From Anaerolineales bacterium (GTDB lineage: Bacteria; Chloroflexota; Anaerolineae; Anaerolineales; UBA4823), in NCBI GenBank assembly GCA_014859065.1, contig JACUUU010000003.1:1-38302 (forward strand): a stretch of 38,302 bases of DNA, written 5' to 3'. Made by a program: the position numbers and the translations under genes. Below are positions 37,478-38,302 of the stretch, one piece after another. The notes under the pieces were generated by a model. It was given only the letters and a program-made list of their open reading frames with translations. It did not search any database and was not told where the DNA came from. Positions within the stretch are counted from its first letter, which is position 1. Each line of letters opens with the position of its first letter.

Positions 37478-38302
37478 ATGACTCCGGAAAATTTCGGGAA
37501 GAAAAAATCACTGGTTCGACTCCGTAAGAGCTGGTTCAGCTTTCTCCTTTTCATTGCGGGAATTCTCTCCATCGGATTCGCTGTGCTGCTGATTTCTTGG
37601 GATGTTCAGAATGCCTATCTCTGGCTTGTGATATCATCGCTCGCCCTGATATTATTCCTATGGATGCTTTGGGGTTTATTGAAAGACAACTACACAATAC
37701 AGACTAATACCTTTTCTCCAATTTTCGGGGCTGGCACCAACCTGACTATCTTACGCGGCATCATAATCGCATTACTCATGGGGTTCGTGTTCTCAACACG
37801 TCCTGATAATTGGATTATATGGGTGCCTGGTTCACTTTTTACCCTAGCTGTAATCTCCGATTATTTAGACGGCTACCTGGCACGCCTCACCAACCACACA
37901 ACCCGCCTGGGTGAAAAACTTGACACCAACCTGGATGGATGGACAATCCTGATCGGGTCTATTCTCGTCATTCAGTATGGTCAGGCTCCCTGGTGGTATA
38001 TATTCGTTGGTCTGGCGCGTTTCATATTCATAGGAGGTAGCTTGATACGCCGGCAACTCAAAATGCCAGTGTATCCACTGGAAGACAGCGTGAGGCGAAG
38101 AGCTTTTGCAGGAGCACAAATGGGGCTGATTGCTGTGCTGCTGCTGCCGATTTTCTCTCCCCCCGGCACGTTCTGGGCAGCTTCACTTTTCGCGCTTCCA
38201 TTCATCATTGGCTTTTTATTTGATTGGGCAATGGTGATTGGATTTCCGTTATCTGAATTGCTGCAGAAGCTGCCTCATAACCCTGCCGATAACGTGATTA
38301 GC
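37478..38302 (+). CDS. CDP-alcohol phosphatidyltransferase family membrane protein, partial (runs off the window; absent from the ORF track)
   Basis: Manual translation from ATG 37478 stays open to the edge. It contains DYLDGYLARLTNHTTRLGEKLDTNLD, matching DxxDGxxAR..GxxxDxxxD. Confidence 0.9.
   Translation, partial: MTPENFGKKKSLVRLRKSWFSFLLFIAGILSIGFAVLLISWDVQNAYLWLVISSLALILFLWMLWGLLKDNYTIQTNTFSPIFGAGTNLTILRGIIIALLMGFVFSTRPDNWIIWVPGSLFTLAVISDYLDGYLARLTNHTTRLGEKLDTNLDGWTILIGSILVIQYGQAPWWYIFVGLARFIFIGGSLIRRQLKMPVYPLEDSVRRRAFAGAQMGLIAVLLLPIFSPPGTFWAASLFALPFIIGFLFDWAMVIGFPLSELLQKLPHNPADNVIS

Noticed and set aside
37865-38208. Two minus-strand ORFs at the right end
   Set aside because: Shadows of the plus-strand CDP-alcohol phosphatidyltransferase.

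Overview
Bacterial chromosomal window of mostly housekeeping genes. Gene style suggests Chloroflexota/Anaerolineae, which is an inference. No integrase, transposase, phage gene or CRISPR array is visible. In order: tRNA-Pro(UGG); a crotonase-fold enzyme plus SAM methyltransferase; a protein quality-control neighbourhood (Hsp20, rhomboid, an eRF1-like release factor homologue, HtrA, CbpA-type J protein); a REC-GAF protein plus a REC-GAF-PAS histidine kinase, both with degenerate receivers; tRNA-Arg(GCG); an orphan corrinoid protein; a PNPOx-like protein; an AidB-like acyl-CoA dehydrogenase; an Opp/Dpp ABC importer with an S9 peptidase, an FAD reductase and surE; suhB, an HD protein and hutI; an aspartase/fumarase; an ABC exporter; an enlarged Ile T-box leading two full-length, mutually divergent IleRS2-type genes in tandem; and a partial CDP-alcohol phosphatidyltransferase. 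The best candidate for an undescribed system is the T-box plus tandem IleRS locus (30228-37395). Both copies have the non-canonical GVHH signature and differently altered KMSKS loops.
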